DNA from: the human T2T-CHM13v2.0 reference genome, Homo sapiens
Assembly: GCF_009914755.1 (NCBI RefSeq)
Contig: NC_060942.1
Length of the DNA: 64,000 nucleotides
Strand: one strand, 5' to 3'
Of the stretch, positions 41,558-55,024 are shown one piece after another. Position 1 is the stretch's first letter; every line of letters starts with the position of its first letter. A program made the translations under genes and the position numbers. The notes under the pieces are model-generated. The model did no database searches. It was not told where the DNA came from and worked only from the letters and a program-made list of their open reading frames with translations.

Positions 41558-43327
41558 TCATGTTTAGAATGTCTTTAGCTTGAAGGCACAGAATGAGAAG
41601 GAATAATGAGAGGATAAGTAGATGATGTGTGGAAGACTTTTTAAGTTTGGTCAGTGTATCATAAACAACTTAGATTATGCCGTAAAGGAATAAGATTGTA
41701 TTCCCCAAATTTTAATTATCCTCAATAATGAATTGTTTTTTGATTATTTTAAGGCTGTCTGATGAAGCTTGCTTCACTTTAGTAAACACTTTCAACTTTG
41801 ACTTTGGGATTTTTTGCGATTTAGGTTGCTTGATGATTCTAATTAAGAATTATCAGCTAATTATTACTGAAAGTAACTGAAATAGAGTTTTATTATATTT
41901 CATTCTTAGATATACTGTATATGAGTATACATATACAGTATGTGCATGTATGCTTGTGTGTGTGTCTGTGCATAAAAGTTTGGGGGATTTGTCAAAATTT
42001 AAGTATGGCTACTCTTTCTGCTAAATTTGAACATATTGCTTAAGTAGACACCAAATTTGGAATGCCTCTTCCACTTCTAAGGATCAATTTTTTTGTGCCC
42101 TATATTTTATTCATTTTTTTAAGAGTTACCGCAAGTCTTCAAAACCGTAAGTAAAACAAAGTCTGTTGTACTGAAATACAATTTGGAACAAGGGGCTTCT
42201 GCTTGCAGCTTCCATTTCTATAGTGACCACACAATAATCAGTATCATCAAATGCTACCATTTTAGCTCAGAAATGTGGTCTCTTTGTGTCTTATTTCCCA
42301 AGTTTTTAAAAGCAGATAATCAGGAATTTTTATACTGTTTTAGTTTTGTCGCCACTATTATAGACTCTGGATTTTCACACAGTAAGTGCTGAAGCCAATG
42401 AGATTAAGTATTCACAGGGGGTGCATGTGGGGCCCACAGCCTGGCATGAAAATTGATTTCTAGTACACAAATAATTCATTCTTTATGACACCTCAGAAAG
42501 TGGTGTGAATCTCGTTTCTAGGCATTAGGTATCAGGATTTGTAACTCAAACCTTTTAAGACTTCTGAACAAATATTACTGGCAAAAAGCAAGGTGAGGAG
42601 GTGGAGATGGGGAATAAGAACTTGAAAATCAAGTTCAATTAAGAATGAAACTATAGAAGTACCTGGACTTTAGACTCTTAAAAAAAAAAAAGGTACTTGA
42701 CTACATGTTAAGTTTGTGTTCCAGTGATGTGACTAATTAAAGCTACATGTAACATGACGGATGGGGATGCACTGACATTACCAGAAGTTTAATGCTGGAA
42801 GGCATCCCACGTATCAATGCTAACCCAAACCTTACAGAGGGAAAACTTGAGGTGTAGGGTAAGTTCGAGGGTTTGTAGGAGTACATATAACAAGTTAGAG
42901 GATATGACGGGGTAAGATTCTAGGTCTCCTTATTCTCAATCACTGATTTTTATTTAAACTGCACAAGAAGTACATCGTGAAAATATAAATATGTTTACGA
43001 CTATATATTGCTGAAATAATTCATGTTATCTGAAGTTGTATTTGTCAGTCTTTATCTCTATCTGTATTCTCCTAACTTTATGGATGAACTGCTTTCTGAT
43101 TTCTCATTCTTGCTCTCTCTCTAATTTATTTACACCTGAATTCTTTAAATGAAAAAAAAATCCAAAAATTAGAACATGGGTTTCCTTTATTTACAGTGAG
43201 TACAGTTTGAATGAGATAAGCTATTGCTATACTCACATTTCATCATAAAATAATCAATTAGATACCTCAATTATTTTTCATGCAGAAAAATTTCATCAAC
43301 ATATGGCAAGATACTCTGGTATTCTAA

Positions 43328-43628
<301 letters not shown>

Positions 43629-44529
43629 TGTATTCTAAATTTTGAATAGAAATTACAACCCATAACTAACATCAATACCAATTTAATTATGCATTTTTAT
43701 CATAGTTAAATTCACACTTACAGACATACACAATTATTCTTCCACCAGGCTAAAAACACTTTAAAGAAAAAAAATTCTATGAATGACTAAGACATTCGAT
43801 TATTTATTCAGTAGATTTTTTTAATAAAGGAGAAGAATTTCAACTGTTTTGTTTAAAAATATGGTTTCAATATTAAATATTGCACTCCTATTCTTAAAAT
43901 ATTACAGCTAAATTCTTTCTGTTCCTCGGCATACACAAAAATAAAACCTGTTTCTTGCACAATAAGGCTGCCACTGAATTTACTATATTAAGTTTTGGGT
44001 GTTTCTGTACTTGGACTTCCAGGGCCCAGTAATTGAAGTCTTCTAGCATTCCTTCCAGCTCTTTGCTCTTCTGACACAATTGGGATTAGTTAGACCAGCC
44101 CAGCTTCATAAACTCAGATTTAATAAGGTGTTTGTAGAAACTTGCTGTTTACTGCATGGGATTCGGTCTCCTCCAGTATGTCTATGATGGTCAGCTTGAC
44201 AGTTAGCTGTCATGCATCTTTTCACTTTTCTTCCCTGATCTCCCAAGTACTAAACTATATTTGGCCACCAGTAACTGTGGCTATTCATGATTTTTTTCCA
44301 ACAGAAAAATGCTTTCTTGTTTTTGCAAATGATAGTGAACATCACTGAAGGAAAAATACGTTAAATTGTGGAGAAAAAAAGTGGCAGCACTATGTAAAAA
44401 AATGGATCCCCATCATAATCTATAATGATAGAACATAATTGGCATAGCAGCCCTAGAGATAATAATGTGCAGACTACTGTTGGCTAATTTATAGTAGCAG
44501 ATGTGTTCCTCTTTCAAAGAAGCATGAGC

Positions 44530-45848
44530 ATAATAAAAAATGAATTGCATTTCATAAGCTCGTACTATGTGCTAGACATCAGCCTAAGTGCTTTACAAGC
44601 TTTATCTAATTTAATGCTCATAAGAGATTTCCTAGGCAAGTATTACTATGCCCACATTTTATATAAGAAAACTACAACTTAGAGGAAATACACAAAAAGT
44701 TACAGAATGAACAAGTGTCAGAGTCCGGACCCAAACACAGGGAAGCCTGCCTCCTAAATGTTCTTTATAAGGTATTTTTCCATATATGTTTCCCCACGTG
44801 AAAGACCTCTCTGTTTCTAGGAAATGCTTACAGGTTTGTGGATATTACAGCCTGGGCACTGCCAAATTAGGTGCAGGAGTATCTTTGCTGTGTTTCACAT
44901 AGTGGTTTTATTATTTATTCGGTTAACTCTGAGTGTCTATTTTATAGTATCTTCCAATTCCTTCCAGTCTTTAGAAAACATGTTTAGAAGAGTGTGTGTT
45001 AAATTTGAGGTTATATTTCAGTACAACCAAAATCTAATACACAAATTGTCTTTGTGCATAAACCATTCATTGTACTTAGGAAACTTTTTTTCTATATTAA
45101 CTGAGACTAAGGTGAAATCATTCTCCCTCACATTTAAAGGAAATGAATTTTGTGATACTTGTTTTGGGAAAAGAAAAGATCCATTTTAGTTAAACTTTTC
45201 CCTTTCTTGAGACTTGGAAAGAATTAGCCCCTTTAAGCGTATATGATCTATTACAGGAGGTCTACCAATGTATGTTCCTTGTTCTGTTGGAGAGTTGAAA
45301 CTAGAAATCTCCAGAGAAACATCAATCCTGAGCAATTTTCCTACATTCTTGCCTCTTTTCCTGATTGAATACCCACTTATATGTTTTTCTGAGTGGAATC
45401 AGCCAGGCTTCCGTCTTCTCGCTTGCATCCTCCATGGTCAATTAGTCCGCACATACTGTTAACTTTAGTTTTTGGGCCTTGAATCAATTTGTTTCTGTCT
45501 CTTATTGTTGCACCTGATTTTTGTCCAGGGTCTTTTTTTTTTCCTCCTGAATTGTGGCAACTCTACCATTCTCTATCAGAACCAATCCGTCAGTATTTCA
45601 GAGTAAGCTTTTAAAAACTAAATGGGATTTTGAAACACCGCAGCTTAAAATCGTATTTTCATGAAATCCCATTGTCTACAGACTAAAATCACAGACTCTC
45701 CAGTACCAGACAGCTCTCATCCAGTTTGACTTTATTTTTCTCTACTTACTTGGTGTACTTTAGTCAAATTGCATCTGTTGCTTTTTCTAAGACTCATTCT
45801 GCTTTGTCTTTCTGCCTGGAATGCCTCTTCCCAGAATCTACAAGTGGG

Positions 45849-45879
<31 letters not shown>

Positions 45880-48800
45880 GTATTGAAGACTCACTTCTTT
45901 GGCTTCTGAGTCCAGGCTGGATGCTGTTCCTAAGGACCCCATAATACCTTGTATCTAGCAGTCTTTGAGCATCTGACATGGTCGACTTGTCTGTTTAATT
46001 GGTTTATCTCCTTGTCCATCTCTTCCAGTAGACTGCTTTTAGAGGCAAGGACTGAACATTATTTTGTCATTATTTATATCAGCTAATCAGATGCTGATCT
46101 GACACATAACAGAACATTCTATACATGCATGCTGAATGAAGCATGAATGATTTGAATGTACTGAATTGTGGAAAAGAATAATTGATTTGACTTATTTTTA
46201 TTACCCATAGGATTATCTCCATTAGACCCTATTTTTTCTATTTCCCAAGACGCTATATTTTTAGGACATTTTTCTGAGATTTGGTCTATCTCCTTAACTC
46301 TACAGAAAAATTGATGTGTCACAGATTAAAAGAATTTAAATGATGTTTGCAGGTTAGTAGCCATGGAACTATATAAGGGCTTAAGAAAAAACAGTAGAAT
46401 ATATGACTAAAGGTAGATGGAGAAAATATTGCAGAAGAGATGTCAGAGATATTTTATTTATCAGTTTAAAATTCAGTTAAATGTTATAGTTGATATCTCA
46501 GTCACTCACTTGGATCATACCAATTATGAATCTTTAGTTATCCTTTGCAAAAATAAAAGTAGTAGAGTTGGTCCATAAGTGCAAGATAAAATTTTAGCCT
46601 TGTATTACTGGGGATCTGCATGAGCCTCAGATTCCATAGCACGTAAATCCACTCATCCTTCAGATCTTTACTTAAATGCCACTTCTGATGACATCCTTTT
46701 CTGATCACAACCAGACAGTGGTGGTACTCCTGCATTTTTCCTATCACTTTCCTTTTTAAGACATAAATTATTTTACGTCTCTGCTTGAAACATTTCAGAT
46801 GCACTTACATGGAATCTAAATGTTTCTCATGGTCCACAAAGCAAGGCATGTTTGGCCACCTGCTTACCTCTCTAAGGTATCAGGCTGTCTGATCCTTCTC
46901 TCAACCAGTAGGAGGACCCACAATGCGTTTCTTCCCATTATTTTCAAGTGTGCTACCCTGCTCCTGAAACAGTCTTCCTGCATTTCTTCACCTGTCAAGT
47001 TTAGATTATTTTTAATGCCTCAGCTTCAGTGTTATCTCCTCAGGAGGAGTGTCCTAAGCACCATTATTCTCCATCATAGTATTTGTTTCTTTTGTAGTAC
47101 TTATTTGTAACTATATGTGTTTGTTTTCTTTGCTCAAATATAAAACCTTTTGAATGTAGTGATCTTCGTCTCTCTGTCTTCTTAACCAGTATATTATTGG
47201 GGCCTGTCAAAGGCACATATAGAGACAATATTTTTAATCCATAAATATTATTTATTGCACTCTACTGAAAATTTTGCAACCTTTTCCACATATTTTAATC
47301 CCTTCAAGAATAGGTCCAGTATCCTCCATAATTCATTATTCTACCGTCAGTTAGATAGAATAGAGTAGATATCAGATAAATTAACTACATTACAGGAGGT
47401 CATCAAAATCACAAGTGAGAGCATGGTAAAGTTTACATTTTATCTGTGTATGAATCACATGACTCAAATTTTAGCAACACCCAAAAAGTTCGGAACTGAA
47501 TCATATGAATTTATTGTAGAAATTCCACAATGTATGACCTATTATTGAATAAAGACAGTTATCGCCTACTGTGGGTAGCACTACTTAAGCCCTTTACAAA
47601 TAGACACTCACTTAATCTTCATAAAGTTACTATGAAGTGGTTTATAAGAGGTAAAGACTATTATTTTCATATTGGAGAGCAGGTAACTGAGGCAAGGAGA
47701 AGTAAAGGATCTCACCTACCTCCATACATCCAGGAAATGGAATAACAGGTATGCAACGCAGATGAGGTCCTTAAATAGGCAGGAGCCATGGGCTGAGGGA
47801 CGGGACTTGAGGCATATTCTTGGTTACAGTGAGTAGGAAGAATTGTTTGAGTGGAGCATGCGGTGATGGAGAGTTGAAGCAAAGAGGAAATGAAGAAGGT
47901 GGAGTCACAGATGACTTGGAGTTTCTGATTTGGGTATTTTCCTACTTGAGAAAAGAGCACACAATAGGAAACAAATCAGAGGAACGTTAATGAGATTAAA
48001 CTTAGAAATTTTGAATGGTGTATGAGTGAGAGCCATTGGACAGAAAGTTGTTATCAGTAAAGGAAGTGGTCATAACAAATCATAACAATGATAATTACCA
48101 TTTTGAACATTTATTATATTCTGATGAGTATATATATTTGCATTATCAAAAATAGGAGTAGTCATTTTAAAATATGGTCTGGTTATCCAAAGAGATAGAT
48201 GAGAGATTTAGATGTCAGAGACATCAGCTCTTGCCATACAAGAGGCAGTTGAACCTGGGGTTTCACTGGGCTCGCCTAGGAAGAATGTGGGGTGAAAAGC
48301 CAAGAAACCGAGTATGGAACTTGAGGAAGATTTACTGTAAGTACTTCTTAGAAAAGAGTGGCTACAAAAAAACATGGTTTGAAAGAAGAAAATAAAATTG
48401 TTTATTTTCTTTTAAACTGGCTGCAAGCAGTTGCATTGTTTACTATTGAGTAAGTTCAAGATAGCAGACCCACACAATTTCCCATGAAGTTCTGTGTCAG
48501 ATAGGACACACATGCCATGTAAAAAAAAGGGCCACAAAGTGCTCATTGGATTTGGCAAAATGTGAGTCATTGGTAGCCTTGGTCCCTGGGAAATAGCAGG
48601 GAAAACTCAGATTGCTCTGGTTTGAGAGCAGTCAGGATATAAGAAAGTGGAAATGTGGAGTAGGCTATTCTTACATAAAATAAAAGTTAATAATATTGAG
48701 GGTATATGAAGATAAATTGTTGGCTGGAAAATTTCAGGAAAGTGTTTCCACTTAATGTCCTCCCTTTTTGAGCTCTGATGGAATAGTGTGCCTGGAGATA

Positions 48801-48900
48801 GTGGAGAGAGTTTCAAGATGACCCTGAAAAGAGTGGGGATAGCATGTTTCTTCATCATGGTTATTTCTGATCCATCTGAAGCCAACAAAATTCAAGCTCA
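44530..48900. mobile_element. Cluster of ancient MIR and L2 fragments (boundaries approximate)
   Basis: MIR-like tactatgtgctagac..ctaagtgcttta and aactgaggc; L2-like tctgcctggaatgc, gaatgaa-type tails and cattggatttggca. Confidence 0.5.
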
Positions 48901-48922
48901 GTTCAATATTAAAAGGAAATTA

Positions 48923-49201
48923 AGCTGGGAGCAATGACTCATGACTGTAATCCCAGCAGTTTGGGAGGATGAGGCCAGAGGATCACTTGAAGCCAGAGTT
49001 TGAGACCAGCCTGATCAACAAATGAGACCTCTTTCTCTACAAAAAATAAAACAATTAGCTAGGCATGGTGGCATGCACCCAAAGTCCCAGCTACTCGGGA
49101 AGCTGAGGCAGGAGGATTGCTTGAGCCTAGGAGTTTGAGGCTGCAGTGAGCCATGATCACTCCGGCCTGGGTGACAGAGTGAGAAAAATAAAATAAAAAA
49201 A
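48923..49201 (+). mobile_element. AluJ
   Basis: ggaggattgcttgagcctaggagtttgaggctgcagtgagcc; small deletion in the right arm. Confidence 0.88.
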
Positions 49202-49661
49202 GATTAAAATTAATTTTAAAAAATTAAAATGTCTATAAAAATTTAAAAAAATTTAAAAAACAGAATTAAACAATTTTTGAAATTAAAAAAGAAAAAAATT
49301 ACTAAAACTTAATTAGTGCCCAGTAGAAAAAGAAGACAGATTTTTTAATAAACTTCATGTAAATCAACAGGATCAATAAATGGTGAAGAATTAAAAAATA
49401 GGAAGTTTTTGGAAGGCTAAGTTATACTTGCATATCAATGTGGATGATTGTTTAAAATAAATTATTGAAATTGCATCCAGATTGTGCTGGCAGATTTTTT
49501 ATTTTGATTAGATTATTTTTCAACTATACCTTGTAGGTACACTAATCATTAAACTGATTATAGCTGTCCTATTGTTCAACATGTCATTTGACAATAAATC
49601 TGAGAATACCTCTAAGACCATATGCAATTAGAGTATTCTGGTGTTTGAGTCTTTTGTTTAG

Positions 49662-49992
49662 ATCAGTTGTCCAAAATAAAGTTATTGTGAACCATCAGTG
49701 TGAAATGCATATGTAATTTGAAATTTTCACGTAGCTTTATTAGAAAAAGTAAAAAGAAACTGTTGAAATAAATGCTAATAATATATTTCAAACACACTAT
49801 ACAAAACTATTATCATTTTAATATGTGATCCATGAAGATTATTGAGACAATATTTTACTTTTTTAAAAAGAGAAACTTAAGTCTTGAACATCATATGTTT
49901 ATTTTACACTTAGAGCATATCTCAATGAAGAATAGCCATATTCCAAGTGCTCAATAGCCACATGCAGCTAGTGGCAACTATGGTAGACAACG
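49662..49992. mobile_element. MER33/MER3-type hAT element
   Basis: ttgtccaa start; catatgtaattt.aaattttc..gtagc; caagtgctcaatagccacatg..gctagtggc.act...gaca end. Confidence 0.75.
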
Positions 49993-50730
49993 AAAATTTA
50001 AACGACTATTTTATGGCTAATTAGAAATGATGATTGTTCATAAGAGACCATATAGATGATGGTGTTTTTGGTAAAGACTTACTTATCCCTCAAGTCACAT
50101 TTCAAATGTCATCTCTTATGTTGGACTTTCTCTGAGAATCCTGGGCAGAAATAATCCCTTTCCCATACATATTTTCCTAGCATATTTTATATTGCTTTAT
50201 ATTTAATTCATTCTATAATATTTAACTCTTTATTTTTTATTCAAATTGTTGGGCTTGTTGATGGCAAGTCCAGCAAGTCTACATATTTCTAGTCACATTT
50301 CCTTGCCTATAATTTATTAATCCATTTATCAAATATTTATTGAGCACATACTTACTATCATGTATTATTCTTTGTGCTTAGGGTAAATCTGTAGAAAGCA
50401 AAGTCACTGCCCTTCATATGGCTTACAGTTTTAGCAATCAGTACTCATTAAAAATATTATTGAATTAAATGGAATTTAGGCTTTAAACCTGTGGTAGTAG
50501 CCACTAAACAATGGATTAAACTTAAGAAAGTGATATTTAACAGATACAAACATAAATTTATCCAATTTGGTTTTAAAAAACTTTCTTTACAGAGTTTTAG
50601 GCTAGGAAAAAACCTAGTGGGATGTAATTTACATTACTGAGTGATTTTAAAAGGATACCAGATTCAACATTTTAAATATGTTAAAAAAAATTAGTGGAGT
50701 TACTTTCTCTTTAATATAAGTAGCCTTAGA

Positions 50731-50992
50731 AAGCCAAATACCTCATGTTCTCATTTATAGGTGGGAGCTAAACAATGCGTACACATGGATATAGCATGGT
50801 GGAATAATAGACGTTGGAAACTACAAAAGGTGGGAGAGTTGACGGGGAGTAAGGGTTGAAAAACTACCTGTTGAGTACAGTGTTCACTGTTTGGGTAATG
50901 TACACCAAAAGTCCAGACTTCACCACTGCAAGATAAACGCATGTAAAAAAATCTGCACTTCTACTCCCTAAATACATAAAAATTTAAAAAAT
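50731..50992 (+). mobile_element. L1PB-like 3' end fragment
   Basis: catgttctcatttataggtgggagctaaac...gggttgaaaaactacct.ttg...cagacttcaccact...A-rich tail. Confidence 0.85.
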
Positions 50993-51274
50993 TCAAATAT
51001 GCATATTTTATATGTATATACTTATATATGCATATATAAATGTATATATATTTATAATTTCATACATGTATATATAGATATGTGGCCTTATTTAGCAATG
51101 GTACCATTTTGTGATGATCAGATGACATCGGCAGAATTCTGCTATTTCTGGGTGCCAAAACTGAATATTGAGCATTCTGACATTTGCAAGCACAGAACAT
51201 CCAGAGTAGGGGACTCAGGATGACAACGAGGTTTTGAACTCCAGACCAGCTGAACACTACACATGCATGTGGAG

Positions 51275-51489
51275 CAAGCTTGTTCAACCTGAGGCCCGCG
51301 GGCCACATGTGGCCCAGGATGGCTTTGAATTTGGACTAACACAAATTTGTACACTTTCTTAATATATTATGAAATATTTTTGCAATTTTTTTAGGTCATC
51401 AGCTATCATTAGTGTTAGTGTATTTTATGTGTGGCCCAAGACAATTCTTCCAGTGTGGGCAGGGGAAGCCAAAAGATTGGACACCCCTG
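51275..51489 (-). mobile_element. MER30 (hAT-Charlie), near full length
   Basis: caagcttgttcaacc...gccaaaagattggacacccctg; flanks atgtggag and ctgtagag are a degenerate 8-bp TSD. Confidence 0.88.
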
Positions 51490-51913
51490 CTGTAGAGCAA
51501 ATATAGGTGACTTCTGAAGTGTCTGCCATCTTTAAGAGGATATGACAGTTCATAATAGAATACATTCATTGGAAAGAAGGGATACTTATTGTAGAGACCA
51601 GTAATTTCATGGTTATCATCAAGTGGGGAGATTGGTTAGGACCACAGGACTTGATGATACTCCAATAGAAATCATGTTCCAGTTACTTGATGATAGTCCA
51701 GTAGAAATCATTTTCCAATTTACTGTGCAGATGGACATCTGCCAAAGATCACAGTAAAGCTGAGAATAAAGGTGCCCACTAATTTGTAGTATGGTGTGTG
51801 TTTTACACATCAATATTTTTCTCCATATTCCCTTCCTTTTATTTATCTTGGTTTTGGGAGAATGATTCTATCCAATTGCTGGACAACTTAAACTAATTTA
51901 AAACTGACAAAAA

Positions 51914-52250
51914 GGCCGGGCGTGGTGGCTCACACCTGTAATGCTAACGCTTTGGAAGACCAAGGCAGGAGGATCACTTGAGCTTAAGGAGCTCAAGACC
52001 AGCCTGGGCAAACTGGCAAAACTCCATTGAGCTCAAGGAGTTCGAGACCAGCCTGGGCAATATGGTGAAACCCTGTCTGTACAAAAAATAGCCATGTGTG
52101 GTGGTGCATGGCTGTAGTCTCAGCTACTTGGGAGTGCTGAGGCAGGAATATTGCTTGAGCTCAAGAGGTCGAGGATACAGTGAGCTGAGATCCTACCGCT
52201 GCACTTCAGCCTGGGTGACAAAGTGAGACTCTGTCTCCAAAAAATAAAAA
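51914..52250 (+). mobile_element. AluJ with an internal ~48-bp tandem duplication in the left arm
   Basis: ttgagct.aaggag.tc.agaccagcctgggcaa occurs twice; TSD taaaactgacaa on both sides. Confidence 0.9.
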
Positions 52251-54944
52251 TAAAACTGACAACACATCAGTTCAAAAGAGTGTAAAGAATTACATGAAAT
52301 TTGTAAAATAGTTCGCAGTAGGGTGTTGTAGTTTTATATAATTTTATTCTTGTAATTCTCTTTTCTGCATATTTCTCTGCGCCTGTGCATGTCTGTATAT
52401 TCTTACAGTGAATTGCAGTAAGATTCATACTGTATTTATCTGTGAATATACAGTCAACAGTGTTGGAACTGCTTATTTGTAGGAACCCTCTCTTGATATG
52501 CTTTTGCCAATATCCAGCACTATTTCCTACCTGCTAGAATGCTCAGAAAATGTTGAATTGAATGTTGTAAGACTGAATTCCAAAATCAGAAATTTAGGCC
52601 TGCATCATACTTTTACTGCTGTAATAACACTCTAACTTCTTTTGTGACATCTTCTCCCCTATCTTCCTCTCCTTGGTCCAGTAAGAATGATTTTTATTTA
52701 TTTTTTTGAAACAATCTGATTATATCATGCAGGCCTTAAAATATGTTTGTTCTTGGACCTGTAGGGCCTGACTCGTGCCTACAGCTCCAACCTTACCTCA
52801 CCTCTTTCTTTGCCCTCCAGCCACGTTGGCCTCAAATATTTGCTCACTGTCGTCACTGTACCAAGTATGTTCTTCCATATCACATCTTCCTGTCCCTACC
52901 CTCAGCCTCCAGTTATCATCAGTTAAGTCTTTCTCATCTGTATCTATTTCCCCTAGTACACTTCTTTATAAGATCATGTGTCCCTCTTTTGGAGTAATTA
53001 TTACAATTCTACTTTTACATTTATTTATTTTAATGTTTGGATCAATATCTGTTGGTCCCACGGAATCGTAAGGTCCATGAGTAAATGTTATATGTCTGCT
53101 TCTATGTGCAACATTACACTACAATACCTAATGCATATAATAAATTGTTAACATATTTTTGTTAAACAGATATGTAAATTCCTGAACAACCAGAACAATC
53201 TAAGTGTCACACATGGCTAAATTTCAGCTAGACCTAAATCTTTTCTTCTATTTCCACTCAGAAGTAGAGGTCATATGACACAAAAGAGAAATGATAAAAC
53301 CTCTTAAAATATATAATCTTCTGCTTACTTAGGCAGAGTATTCTTCTTAATACAGTGATTAGCACCAGAGTCTATGAAGAACAGTTAATTCTTGTTCTAT
53401 GTAAACATTAAATTCTATTTTTTATATGCGCTTACATGGTTAGAAATTAATATTTTCTGAGATCATTCAAATGTTAAAATTATCTAACCTTCCAAAATAC
53501 CATGTTTTTCTTTGCCTTGGACAAGATTGGGAAATAAAGCAAACTGCATAACACATTAATATCCTTGATGTGTATTGTACCTTAGGGCTGGTATACCCAC
53601 AGGCACTGTAGAGTTTTACTTTGATTGAAGACCTGAGAATCAGAAGTCAAGTTTATCAGTAGCATGAAATACATTTACAATAGAATATAAGAAATAATTG
53701 ATATATACTATATATAGCAATATATTTATGACAAAATTTATTATAATTAAAGAATTTATAATTTTGAAATGTTTTGTCTACTTAGACATTGATTTAAATT
53801 AAGAGACCGACTAATTATTATATAACTCTTACCCTCTTTATACCCTTCCTGACTCTCATACTCATTCATTTCTTACACCCTTTTGTTCTCAACTGGACAT
53901 TTCTCCTCCTTAATTATGCTGTTCAACATGTGTAACAGGTGTCTTATTTCTACCTGCCTCCATCTGTGCATCCCATCACTATTTTCTCTCAACGTCCCTC
54001 TTCATTCCATGCTTTACTTAATTTGATTTCTCACTAAGAAGTCCTACTGGGTTCTACTTTCTTTCTACTACAATTGCTTTCATTTTGGGGAAACTATGTG
54101 AAAAATTTCAGAAACTAAAGTTGTATATGAATATAAAATAATTGTTTATTCATCCATGTATTTTAAAAATTGTTGTCTTTCTTGAGCAAGCAAATTGCCT
54201 TTTGAGCTTTCATACTTGTCAACTTTAGCCTTTGTTTTTTAATCACCTTGTTTGAAAGTACTAAGCATACAGTGTTATAAACAGTGCGGGGGCTTTGAAG
54301 ACAGACTGAGATGGAGTATGCCTCACCCCTCACTATTGCATTTAATTATATTTAGACAGGTTATTTTATGTGTCTAAGACAACCATCAAATGGGAAAACA
54401 CCTACCCCAGAGAATTGTTGTGAGTGTTAAATAATATGTCCTGTGTGCAGACCTTCATTTCTCACTGTACCACCTTTCCTATTTCCCATTTAATCTTTGG
54501 TACATATGCCTAGCCATATATGGTACACTTTCTACTTTGCTTGTTACCTTAAAAACAAACTGCTCTGTTGCATACTGATAAGTAACTGGGATTCTGCTAA
54601 CTCTACTTACGTTATTTCCAATGTTCTTTATCTCTTCAGTCCACACTGTGAAGATTGATGTTGACTATTATTATCATATATTGCTAATTTCAATTAGTTT
54701 GAAAGTTACTTGTTCCAACATCACACAGCTAATATGTAGGAAGGTTGGACAAGGCCTTTCTGACACCAAAGCTGCAGCTGCTGTTGTAGCATTCTGTCAT
54801 GTACCTTGAGAACTACAAGGCATTAGAATGGTGAAAGTGCTAATTCTCAGTAGACAAGAAAGGACAATCCACTTAACAGGGAAGGAAGGTGAATACCAGA
54901 CTACTTATGGGAACAGAAAGATATACAAGCAGTAACTTTTGAAC

Positions 54945-55024
54945 TTAGGTTGGTGCAAAAGTAATTGTGATTTTTGCTATTACCTTAATTGCAAAAACCA
55001 CAGTTACTTTTGCATCAACCTAGT
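54945..55024. mobile_element. MADE1 (Hsmar1-derived MITE)
   Basis: 80-bp near-palindrome ttaggttggtgcaaaagtaattg...ttacttttgcatcaacctag. Confidence 0.92.
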
